Part shown: positions 30,001 to 39,992 of the stretch, in pieces
How positions within the stretch are numbered: the stretch's first letter is position 1
How the letters are laid out: each line of letters starts with the position of its first letter
Assembly (NCBI GenBank): GCA_964016885.1
Contig: OZ024742.1
Location: 44,950,001-45,014,000, forward strand
DNA: 64,000 bases
Source of the DNA: Eledone cirrhosa
Lineage: Eukaryota
Direction: 5' to 3'
Position numbers and translations under genes: made by a program
Notes under the pieces: model-generated
Seen by the model: only the letters and a program-made list of their open reading frames with translations
The model's database searches: none
Told to the model about the DNA's origin: nothing

Positions 30001-30607
30001 CCCCTATGACTCAATCATGTGTTATATGGCCAAAACATGCTGTATGTCACTATAGCACCCCTAAGACTCCATCATGTGTTATATGGCCAAAACATGCTGT
30101 ATGTCACTATAGCACCCCTAAGACTCAATCATGTGTTATGTGGTCAAAACATGCTGTATGTCACTATAGCACCCCTATGACTCAATCATGTGTTATATGG
30201 CCAAAACATGCTGTATGTCACTATAGCACCCCTAAGACTCCATCATGTGTTATATGGCCAAAACATGCTGTAAGTCACTATAGCACCCCTAAGACTCCAT
30301 CATGTGTTATATGGCCAAAACATGCTGTATGTCCCTATAGCACCCCTATGACTCAATCATGTGTTATATGGCCAAAACATGCTGTATGTCACTATAGCAC
30401 CCCTAAGACTCCATCATGTGTTATATGGCCAAAACATGCTGTATGTCACTATAGCACCCCTAAGACTCAATCATGTGTTATGTGGCCAAAACATGCTGAA
30501 TGTCACTATAGCACCCCTATGACTCAATCATGTGTTATATGGCCAAAACATGCTGTATGTCACTATAGCACCCCTAAGACTCCATCATGTGTTATGTGTC
30601 CAAACAT
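1..30607. repeat. 57-bp tandem satellite array (~537 monomers) with nested higher-order repeats; continues beyond left edge
   Basis: Monomer ATGTCACTATAGCA(C/G)CCCTA(A/T)GACTC(C/A)ATCATGTGTTATATG(G/A/C/T)CCAAAACATGCTGT repeats head-to-tail without interruption and ends abruptly at ...gttatgtgtccaaacat (~30607). Confidence 0.99.
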
Positions 30608-30634
30608 ACAGTGTTTCTATCCATTAATCCATTA

Positions 30635-30785
30635 GCACATTATTACGGCACTTTATATTCTGAGTTCAAATCCCACCAAGGTTAGCTTTACCTTTCATCC
30701 TTACATGGTCAATGTAATCTGGAGTCAATTTAATCAACTTTCCCCTCCCTTAAATTTGCTGGCCTTGTGCCCAAAACAGAAACCA
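30635..30785 (+). mobile_element. SINE family B fragment abutting the satellite end
   Basis: ctgagttcaaatcccaccaaggttagctttacctttcatcc...gctggccttgtgcc matches copies at 39785, 40345 and 51130; contains B-box-like GAGTTCAAATC. Confidence 0.75.
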
Positions 30786-30811
30786 TTATTACTCTCGTCA
30801 TAACACATCAT

Positions 30812-30992
30812 TGTCATCATCATCATCATTTTAGGTTTGTTTTCTGTGGTGGCATTGGTTGTATGTGTCATCACAGTTTGTAACTAGACAGATCAGAAAA
30901 CCTCTCCTTGCTTTGGCTTGGTTTCTCTGGATGGATGTCTTTTCTAATTCCAACATCTTTACAGGGTGGACTGGGTGCATTTTATCATAGTG
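30812..30992 (-). mobile_element. Degenerate RTE/SINE 3' tail fragment
   Basis: (CAT)n followed by ttggcttggtttctctggatggatgtc...ccaac...tttacag...ctgggtgc, homologous to the reverse-complemented RTE tail elsewhere in the window. Confidence 0.65.
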
Positions 30993-31110
30993 GTTCTCTT
31001 AACATCCTACATAGCCATAGTTTAGAAATGTATAGAGTTGACAGTGGTGAGACCGGGGAGACCACTAAACATGGAAGTACTCAATATATGGGGAGATGCT
31101 GAGTGGGTAT

Positions 31111-31182
31111 AGAGATATGTAACATCCCAACTGCGGTGCCAAATAGTTTCAGCTTGGTGCCACTCAGTCGGGATTTTACATC

Positions 31183-31187
<5 letters not shown>
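31111..31187. repeat. Short inverted repeat (hairpin), possible MITE remnant
   Basis: agagatatgtaacatcccaactg pairs with cagtcgggattttacatctctct (3 mismatches in 23 bp). Confidence 0.6.
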
Positions 31188-31227
<40 letters not shown>

Positions 31228-31330
31228 CTATATATATATATATATATTTATATAATTGGTGTTGGATGCTTAAAGCGTCCGTATGCTGTAGGCCATATGA
31301 GCACTCAATGCCCTCGTAGAGCCGAGTATG

Positions 31331-31660
31331 ATATCACAGAAAAAAGAGAATCAGTGTTGCGATGAAAGGAATTTATTGGACATATTACAATTGTTTCTGG
31401 GCGACCAGCTCGAGGCATGATTGATATGGTGATCAAACCTGACTCTGAAATCACGCGTTCGTCAGATACGTCTCGATTCTACGAAGGAAGATAGGAAAAT
31501 CTGCTTCATAGAATCGAAACGTATCCGACGACCGCGTGATTTCAGAGTCAGGTTTGATCACCATATCGATCGTGCCTCGAGCTGGTCGCCCGAGAAACAA
31601 TTGTAATATGTCCAATAAATTCCTTTCGTCACAACACAGATTCTCTTTTTTCTGTTATAT
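31331..31660. mobile_element. 330-bp foldback element / palindromic MITE
   Basis: ~160-bp arms are near-perfect reverse complements around a short loop at ~31495; ends lie in TA-rich sequence. Confidence 0.8.
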
Positions 31661-31664
31661 ATAT

Positions 31665-32009
31665 ATCATCATCATCATCATTTCATTTTACGTCCGCTTT
31701 TTCCCTGCTTGCAAGGGTAGGACGGGAACTGATTCTGGCTTGATTTCTATAGCTGGATGCCCTTCCTAACACCAACCCCATTTACAGTGAGTGCTGGGTG
31801 CTTTTATGCCGTGGCACCTCCACGACCACTTTGCAGTGGAATGATAGGGACCCCAGCCCCTATCATCTCATTTCTACAGCTGAGTAAACTGGAGCAATGT
31901 GAAATAAAGTGACTTGCTCAAGGAAACAACACATCACCCGGTCTGAGAATTGAACTCACAACCTTTCGATTGCAAGGCCAATGCTCTAACCACTAAGCCA
32001 TGTGCCTCC
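31665..32009 (-). mobile_element. SINE family A (tRNA head, CORE/V-like body, RTE-type tail), full length
   Basis: Reverse complement of the copies at 51510 and 59786; A box TGGCTTAGTGG, B box GAGTTCAATTC, (GAT)n tail. Confidence 0.9.
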
Positions 32010-32238
32010 ATATACATATATTTATATATAGAGAGAAAGGATAAATTACTGAATAACTTATTAGTTGATGTTCAAATTATAACTTACTAATATACATATA
32101 TATATATATACGAAATATATATATATATACGAAATATACATATATATATATACAAAATATATATATATATACGAAATATACATATATATATATACGAAAA
32201 CCAAAATATGAAGAGGGCTCAATAAGGATTGTATATAG

Positions 32239-32392
32239 AATTTCTGCTTTCACCCAATTACGAGATCTTCTGAAGATCCCTTAATAGGATGAAATCAGAA
32301 ATTGTTTGCTTAAACTCTAATCTGTAGTTTCAGAAGATCCCGTTAAGGGTGAAAGCAGCGATTGTTTGCTTAAACTTTAATCTGTTATTTTA
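32239..32392. repeat. ~61-bp unit present as two direct copies plus one partial inverted copy
   Basis: gaagatccc...gaaa..ag..attgtttgcttaaact.taatctgt at 32272 and 32333; inverted partial copy centred on gatcttc-t-gaagatc (32271). Confidence 0.75.
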
Positions 32393-32430
32393 ATAAATAT
32401 ATATATATATGTGTATATATATATATATAT

Positions 32431-34537
32431 CATCATCATCATCATTTAACGTCCATCTTCCACGCTAGCATGGATTAAACGGGAGTTGTGCCACTTGAGG
32501 CAAGGTAGGTCGGGTGACCGTGTCTCGCTCATATAGGACTATCTGGCAGGTTTTCTACGGCTGGATGCCCTTCCTCACACCAACCAAATTGTCAGTGTGG
32601 AACTGGGAACTTTTTACCGTGTTACCTACATGGCCACATTACAGCGTCGACTGTGAGTTTTTTTGTTTTTTTTTTGTCGTGACACCTAGACGATCTCAAT
32701 CTCATTATCTCATTTATTTGGACTGGATGTTGTGGTACCAACTTTACAGAGAGAGGGTGGTGTTGGTCGGAGTGGAGGGATAGGGTAGGGGTAGTTGACT
32801 GGGGTGTATATTTGGTTAACAGGTGCCTACTGACTGTAGGTTTCACTTTGTACATAGGCAAGGCGGGTCTTCTGTATTACTGTGTAGCGCCAAAGATCTC
32901 GGTCCAGTGACATTGTCTTAGAGAAGTGCAAGTGTGTAAACTCGGAATTTATCAGATTGTCCCAGGTTTTTCTGGGTCTACCTACTCCGTAATTACCATC
33001 AATTTTGATTGCACTGCACTTTTTTATGCAGCTGTCGTCTTTCATGCGCATCACATGACCATACCAACGTACCATACTCAAGTAAACAGCATCTGATCCC
33101 CCTTATTCCTAATTTCTCACTTAGTTCATTTATGCTTTGCCGTTCACGTATATTACTATTACACATCCAACAGAGCATGCATGCTTCATTTCTTTCCAGT
33201 CTGCGCAGGTCCTCTGCATGTAATGCCCATGTCTCACTGCCATGTATCATTGCTGTTTGTATACAGGCATCATACAATCTGCCTTCCATTTTTAGAGAGA
33301 AACCTTTTGTGGCCAACAGTGATATAAGCTCTCTCAACTTTTTCCATCCCGTTCTGACTCTGGCTACTGTACTTTCAGAGCACCCTCCACCACTGCTGAT
33401 TTTGTCACCCAGGTAACGGAAAGTGTCTACTATTTCTATAGAACCATCTGGGTAATAGAAGGAGCTAGTATCCTGTGGACACTTGCTACTTATTGCACCT
33501 GAGCATTGGTCACATATTAAGTCTACGTTCTTAGATAGTTTACCTGTGATCCCACTACATCTTTTATGTACCCATACTTTGCATTTGGGACATAAAATGG
33601 AATTTCTGTCTACTCCTTTCCTACACACTGAGCATGGCCATTTCCCTGAGGGCATCTGTGCCCTATTTTCCTTTCTACAAACTAGAACTTTAGTCTTAGA
33701 CAAGTTAACTTTAAGGCCTTTTGATTCTAGGCCATGTTTCCATGTTTGGAATTTCTTCTCTAGTTCAACCATTGATTCAGCTATGAGCATTAGATCATCT
33801 GCGTATAGGAGTTCCCATGGGCAGCTGGTCTTTAACTCCTCTGTTATAGCCTGAAGGGCAATAATAAATAGGAGGGGGCTAAGGACTGAGCCTTGATGAA
33901 CGCCAACTTTTACACTAAATTCTTCACAATATTCATTGTTAATTCTAACCTTACTGACTGTTTCATTATACATAGCTTGTATAGCTCTCACAAGCCATTC
34001 ATCTACACCTAGTTTTCTAAGAGCCCACCAGATAATGGAGCGGGGGACTCTGTGAAAGGCTTTCTCCAGGTCTACAAAAGCTAAGTAGAGGGGTTTACTT
34101 TTAGCTAGGTACTTCTGTGGTAGTTGACATACAAGGAAAAGAGTGTCTGTGGTACTTTTACCTGACGCAAGCCCAAACTGAATTTCATCTAGATCAATTC
34201 GCTCTCTGATTAGTTGCGCTATAACTCTTTCTGTGATCTTCATGACCTGGTCAACTAACTTAATGCCTCTATAGTTTCCCATATCTAGAGCATCCCCTTT
34301 ACCCTTGTAGCAGTTAATGATGCTGCTGCTACGCCAGTCTTTCGGTATGACCCCATTCTGTATTACTTGGTTTTAACTATACGGGTGACCACAGTGTGTC
34401 CCACCATACCAGATGCTTTCAACATCTCAGCAACTATCTCCAAAGGCCCAGCTGCCTTGCCTGTCTTCATATCTTTGATTGCCTTACTTATTATACTACC
34501 TTTAACTTGCACTGCTGGTCCTTCTATTGGATCGATT
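32431..34537 (-). mobile_element. RTE-clade LINE copy A, 5'-truncated and frameshifted (RT + PHD-type finger + 3' UTR)
   Basis: ORFs 34363-34575, 32999-34282 and 32827-33081 give NYRGIKL, FVDLEKAF, GVHQGSVLSPLLF, LLYADDL, HGSETW, WYGHVMR, GRPRKTW; (GAT)n tail at 32431-32445. Confidence 0.95.
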
Positions 34538-35348
34538 TGGAAAATTACAAAATTACAAAAACATTCCAAACACATTTGATCACTTTCACATCTCCAAATC
34601 CAGCCTCTGTCAAGCCTTCACTCCCTCTGTACCTATCAAGTCATTCAACCACTGCTTAATTATGTTTATCCATAGAATATCTACATATTGAATCTCTCCT
34701 TTGACCTTTCTGATCTTATGTCCAATCAAGTCAGCTGACTGGTCAGAGCAAGACCTGCGCGAGGAGGGAGGGGTCCAGCCAGTACTTTGTTTCATGTCTC
34801 AAGAACTCAGAAGGCCCCACAGCAACCTTGCAACATCCATTTTGAGAAAAATCTTTGCCTGCTTTGGGCCATAAAGGGGTCTTGTACTGCCTCGCAAAGT
34901 TTCTCTTGGAAGCCTGGGTCAGAGCTCTGCCATGCCTCTTATACACTAACCATTCCAGAACATCACACTGTTTCACTCCTGTTCCAACAGTAACAGATAA
35001 ATAGGTAACTGAAAACATTCTTCCATTCACATAAAACCCCAAATCTGCAATTAGGTCACTTACCTGTACTCCAGCACATGGAAAAATCATTCGCTACAAT
35101 AGACTGGACCACTTTTACCCATCCTTGCAACTTCTACATGACCACCATTTTAAATACAAAAGATACTGTTGTGCATCTCGCAGCCAGAAAGGTCTCTCGT
35201 TTTCCAAACCTCAACTGGATGTTTTTACAGAAACCTACTTCCCTTCTCTCCTCGACTATGATGTTTCAGTAAACAGTACTTCTATGGAGTACAATCTCTC
35301 TTTCTCCCCCTTCTCACTCTCTATCTCTTCCCCCTCTCTCTCAACTCA

Positions 35349-35396
35349 CACATAATTCTTGATGGTGTCATAGGGGTGATGTAGTGACATATAGCA
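35349..35396 (-). repeat. Solitary diverged monomer of the 57-bp satellite, inverted
   Basis: 35360-35396 matches the reverse complement of the monomer at 33/37 nt; 40/48 over 35349-35396. Confidence 0.85.
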
Positions 35397-35464
35397 CCTC
35401 TTGCATATTTTAAATCTGGAGGAGGAGAAAGACAGTGAGAATGGGATACAAAGAAAGAATGGAC

Positions 35465-35615
35465 TTCAGTACTAGACTGGCACTTTTTTATCGACCTTGA
35501 AAGGATGAAAGACAAAGTTGATCTGGGTAGGTTTTAAACTCACACAGAGAACCAGAACAAATACTGCAAAGTAGTCTATCTAACATTCTAATGACTCTGT
35601 CAATTTTCTGCCTTC
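35465..35615 (-). mobile_element. SINE family B, degenerate
   Basis: ttttatcgaccttgaaaggatgaaagacaaagttgatct is the reverse complement of the family-B central domain. Confidence 0.7.
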
Positions 35616-35687
35616 TTTCACACTCAATATATTGTTAAACCAAATCATCATATACATGCTTATATATCTCTCTCTAAAATCTGTCTT

Positions 35688-36020
35688 TGGAAACATGCTA
35701 CAGTGAGTCCCATCGCCAAAAAGGGCAACCCCTCTGACCCTACCAACTCCTATCTGATCTCTTTCCCTGCCTTCATCTTAAAGGTTAACAACCACTCTCT
35801 TCAACGCCTTAATTCTCTCCTTCATCAATGGTCATAAGTATGGCATCTGTAATACATGGTCTACTAGAGACCAACACTTCTATATTCCTCTCTAATGGTT
35901 TCTCACCTGAGAGAAATTTGGTGAAAATACTGTAGTTACACTTGACACCAGCAAAGTATTTGAGAATGTCTAGCATGAGAATCTTTTGGATAGCATATCT
36001 ATCTTTAGGCTTCAACTCTC
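35688..36020 (+). pseudogene. Degenerate CR1/Jockey-like LINE reverse transcriptase fragment
   Basis: Manual translation gives WKHATVSPIAKKGNPSDPTN and LDTSKVFENV*HENLL, matching LINE RT motifs WK.A.V.PI.KKG and LDISKAFD.V.H..LL. Confidence 0.6.
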
Positions 36021-36335
36021 TTAACTATTTAGCATTTAAACTGGCTGTATCCGGCCAGAATTCTCTTACCACCCGTAACCGGCCGCTCATATCAACATTA
36101 GGATGTTGTTCTCAAAATATATAATTGTTTCTGATTTAGGCACAAGGCCAACAATGTGTTACTGGTGCTTTATTTCATTGACTCCATTAGGATCTAAGGT
36201 AAAGCTAACTTCAGCGAGATTTGAACTCAGAACATAAAGGGCCATATAATAACATCATCAAAATCTCATAGATTCATTATTATGTGAGGTAAAGCCTTTA
36301 CCATGAAAATACAATAGTAAATGCTAAAGGGTTAA
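36021..36335. mobile_element. piggyBac-type MITE containing a nested family-B SINE (~36127-36245, minus strand)
   Basis: Left end ttaa-ctatttagcattta and right end taaatgctaaaggg-ttaa: inverted termini bounded by TTAA. Confidence 0.75.
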
Positions 36336-37371
36336 ACCTCTTGGATTGGAGGCTTTCTCTAAGACCCCCCCCCTTTCCTACCACTATTACAGTGGCCTCT
36401 GTTTCTCAAGGCTAGTTGACTGGCTTGCTGGCTGGCTGCCACTGCCGTTCAAGCCTATTCTACTTATTCATCTCTCTTCCTCTTATTATCCATATTGTGT
36501 CTACAAATGCAGCACTAACCAGCCATTCCTAATCCTTCTTCCTCAGAACATCATCCCCCTAGAATTGGCTCCTTGACTCTGTTTATCCTGTGCATGTGCT
36601 AAAGATTATATTGGTCTCATCAGTTTTGGAAAGCCTGCAAAAGGCTTTTGTCACATCCTCTTATTCCAAACTATTTACCTATTTGATACAAATGTACCTG
36701 AAACCTTCCCAGGTTCTTTGATACTAAACAGCCCATTTTAGATTATTCATGCTTGTATTAAAGCCCTCCATCATGATTTCATAGGAATATTTTGTTAAGT
36801 AATGTTCCAAACATTCAGCTTAATAATGAAGAAGTTAACTATTTTACTAAATTCCTCTAAGTTTTAGTTTTATTATTATTATTTTTAAAACTTATTGAAA
36901 TGCATAGGGAATATATTTTATGAGTAATATGGTAAGAAAAAGGTTAAACATAAAAACATCTAAATTTAACTCACAGATTTAGACATTAATGTTTATAGCA
37001 ATTATTTAACAATGGATAGTAATGAAAGGGAGAATGAAAGTTAATCTTATTTATAGGAAAAAAAATCAGTAATCTGGAGTCACAAATACTGAATATAAAT
37101 GTTGCTTGTTTACATAAAAAAAATATACACACATTAATCTGTTCAAAACGTAACATAAATATCAGATACCACCACAACCACCCAACAACAACAATAAACA
37201 CTACTACCATCATCATCATCACCATAATTATCTTCATCTTCATCCCCACCACCACCATCATCACCATCATCATTTCATGTCCATTTTCCAAGTTGGCATA
37301 GTTTGAATGGGTTGTCACAGTTTTTTTTTATTTACAGTTATTGCTCTCCAGACAGGCTGGAAGCCACATCT

Positions 37372-38145
37372 CATCATCATCATCATCATCATTTAACATC
37401 CATTTTCCATGCTAGCATGGGTTAGACAAGCTGTCCCATTGCTCACACAGAACTGATTTTGGCTTGGTTTCTATGGCTGGATGCCCTTCCTAACACCAAC
37501 TACATTTACATGATGCTTTTTGTCATGATACCTATATGACCACTTTACAGTATGGATTGGGTGTGTTTGTTGTGACACCTTCATGACCACTATACAGTGT
37601 GGGTTAGGGACTTGGATGAGAGAGATGCATGGGGAATTGGGGAGGTAGATATAGGGTGGGGTGTTATGGTTTGGGTGGGGATGATTACAATGTAGGGGTG
37701 TATGGGAGGAGTGATGGGAGGAAAGGTGGTGCATATTAGATGTATGCCTCAACCCCTGCATATGAGAAGGCAGGTCTTCTATATAGTGCCAGAGATCACG
37801 GTCCTGTGTCATCGGCTTTGAGGGGTGCAATTGTTCAAGGTCAGCTTTTATCATCTCATCCCAAGTCTTTCTAGATCTGCCCTCTCCATAGCTTCCATCA
37901 ACTTTGAGCCCTCGGCACTTTTTTATACAGCTGTATCCTTCATACACATCACATGTTCATACCAATGCAGTCTCCTCTCCTGCACACTGCATCTGATTCT
38001 CTCTCATTTATGCTTTGCCATTTGAGTATATTACTATAACACATCTATTGAAGTATGGAAGCTTCATTTCTATTTAATCTTCACATGTCCTCTGCACACA
38101 GTGTTCAGGTCTCGCTACCATGCAATATCGCTGTTCATATACACA
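37372..38145 (-). mobile_element. Older RTE LINE 3' fragment
   Basis: (CAT)n tail and shared 3' UTR; ORF 37471-37947 begins SCIKKCRGLKVDGSYGEGRSRKTWDEMIKADL, homologous to the C-terminus of copies A and B. Confidence 0.85.
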
Positions 38146-38376
38146 ACACCATCACTAAATACAAAAATTAAATTCAATAACTGAAATTATTGATTGTGTC
38201 TCTTTACTTCCTGATTTCAAATCCTGCTGAAATTGATTTTTACCTTTTATTCCTCTAAGGTTAATAAAATAAATATCAGTGGTTTACTGAGGCAAATTTT
38301 GTTTCTATTTAGTAAAAGCAACTCATCATCATCATCATCATCATCGCCCCACTATCATCCCTATTCAATGTGTCTT

Positions 38377-38840
38377 CATCATCACCGTTTAACGTCCACT
38401 TTTCCACATTGGTATGGGTTAGATGAGTTATCCTGTTGTGAGCAATGCCAGGTCAGGTGACCATTGTCTTTCCCATACAGAACTGATTTTGGCTTGGTTT
38501 CTACAGCTAGATGTCCTTCCTAGCACCAACCTCATTTACAGTGAGTACTGGGTGTTTTTTGTTGTGACACTTACACAACTACGTTATAGTGTGGCTGGGA
38601 TCTTTTTTATCATGTCACCATCACAACCACTTTATAGTGTGGGCTGGAAGCTTCACTGAATGTATACTTCAGCTTGACCTCAGGAGGGGTGTATGGGAGT
38701 GGGTTGATGTTGCATGCTATATATATGCTTTAGCTACAGCCTGTGCCCGTGGGAATTCAGGTCTTCTGTATTACTGCATAATGCCTGAGATCTCAGTCCT
38801 GTGTCATCGCCTTTGAAAGGTGCAATTTGATGAGGTCTTG
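38377..38840 (-). mobile_element. Short RTE 3' fragment (uninterrupted relative of the element split at 41246/42860)
   Basis: Same UTR and terminal coding segment (ttctgtattactg...cctgtgtcatcgcctttga) as 40950-41246 plus 42860-42972. Confidence 0.8.
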
Positions 38841-38911
38841 GGTATTTTAAACTGATTTCTTCCAGAGGAGGAGAGAGAGAACATGAAAAAGGAGTACAAA
38901 GGAAGCATCAA

Positions 38912-39065
38912 CCCAATACTGAACTGATCTCTTTTGTTCAATCTTGAAAGGACGAAAAGCAAAGTTGACCTTGGTGGAATTTGAACTCAGAGTGCAAAGA
39001 TTTTGAATGAATACTGCAAAACATTTTATCAGGAGATTTAATGACTCAGCCAATTCCCTGCCTTT
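38912..39065 (-). mobile_element. SINE family B
   Basis: gaaaggacgaaaagcaaagttgaccttggtggaatttgaactcaga is the reverse complement of the family-B head and core. Confidence 0.7.
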
Positions 39066-39322
39066 GCTAAAAAATAAACCTCAAAAAACAAAACAAACTG
39101 AATTACATCGTTTAGAGATTGTTTGTCATAGAAGATATTGGTTACTTCAAGAATATTTTATTGATTACTTAAACAAATATTATATTTAGATATAAGATAT
39201 TAGTTACTATTAAAATATATTCTATTCAGATACATGATATCGGTTACTTTAAAAATATTAGATAAATATATATTGTATTATATGATTATTTAAGAAATAT
39301 GGCATAAAAATATGATATTAAG

Positions 39323-39610
39323 TGTGAAGATACACAGCCCTGTGGTTAGAGTACTGGGCTCATGATTGTATGATTGTAAGTTTGAGTTTTTGACTGAGAA
39401 GTTATTTGTGTCCTTAAACAAGATACTTTATTTCATATGCCTCTAGTCTACTTAGCAGAAAAGAAATAAGTACCAACAGCAGTTGGGAGTTAACTCTTCA
39501 ATGGACTGGCATCCTAGCCAGAGAAGAGTCTTATGCTCTCAATCACTGAATGCTAAGAAAACTGGGATAATCTCTGGCCTAATGAGTCTCTAAGCTTAAA
39601 ACAGGCTTTA
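39323..39610 (+). mobile_element. Old tRNA-derived SINE with CORE/V-like body and a different tail
   Basis: gtggttagagta...tgtgtccttaaacaagatactttatttca resembles the family-A head and body, then diverges. Confidence 0.55.
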
Positions 39611-39783
39611 TATTTAACTATATATATGACATAAGTTACTTAAAGAATCTTAGTATATAAAAGTGAATATATACATCTTTTAAATTTGTAGGCCCTAGCT
39701 TTGCACATAGGTATTTGAAAATTATCAAAATATGGTGTGGATTACTAATATAACTAATTTTCTCTTGATTTATCTAATATTTA

Positions 39784-39992
39784 AGGGCAGTGGATTAGCA
39801 GTATCAGTAGAGCATCAGACCAAATGCCTTGCAATATTTAGTCATAACGTTCTACATTCAAATCCTACCAAGGTCAACTTTGCTTTCATCCATCTAGAGT
39901 TGATTAAATATAGTACCACTTAAGTACAGGGATAGATATGATAAACTTTTCTTTTTCCCCAAATTGCTGGCTATGTGCCAGAGCTAGAATTA
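39784..39992 (+). mobile_element. SINE family B, near full length, diverged
   Basis: ggcagtggattagcag...ttcaaatcctaccaaggtcaactttgctttcatcc...aaattgctggctatgtgcc. Confidence 0.7.

Noticed and set aside
1-30607. CRISPR-like array (conserved 27-bp core plus variable part)
   Set aside because: The variable parts are near-identical alleles rather than unique spacers, there are no cas genes, and the context is eukaryotic.
134-30635. Long Cys/His-rich repeat ORFs (up to 532 aa, unit MTQSCVIWPKHAVCHYSTP) as a metal-binding or zinc-finger protein gene
   Set aside because: 57 bp equals 19 codons, so open frames arise automatically. The common switch variants change amino acids or create TGA, and frameshifting indels are propagated within HORs. 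The spacing does not fit C2H2 fingers (28 aa). Only Ribo-seq or proteomics could revive this.
33009-33854. ORFs antisense to RT genes (also 41460-42185, 44738-45603, 53698-54112, 55719-56276, 63287-63730)
   Set aside because: Shadow frames of transposon coding sequence with no independent motifs.
34590-35260. Possible host exons (ORFs 34743-35090 and neighbours); similar unexplained stretches at 52700-53340 and 58820-59360
   Set aside because: No recognisable domain or consistent splice pattern; more likely very old transposon remnants, but I cannot classify them.
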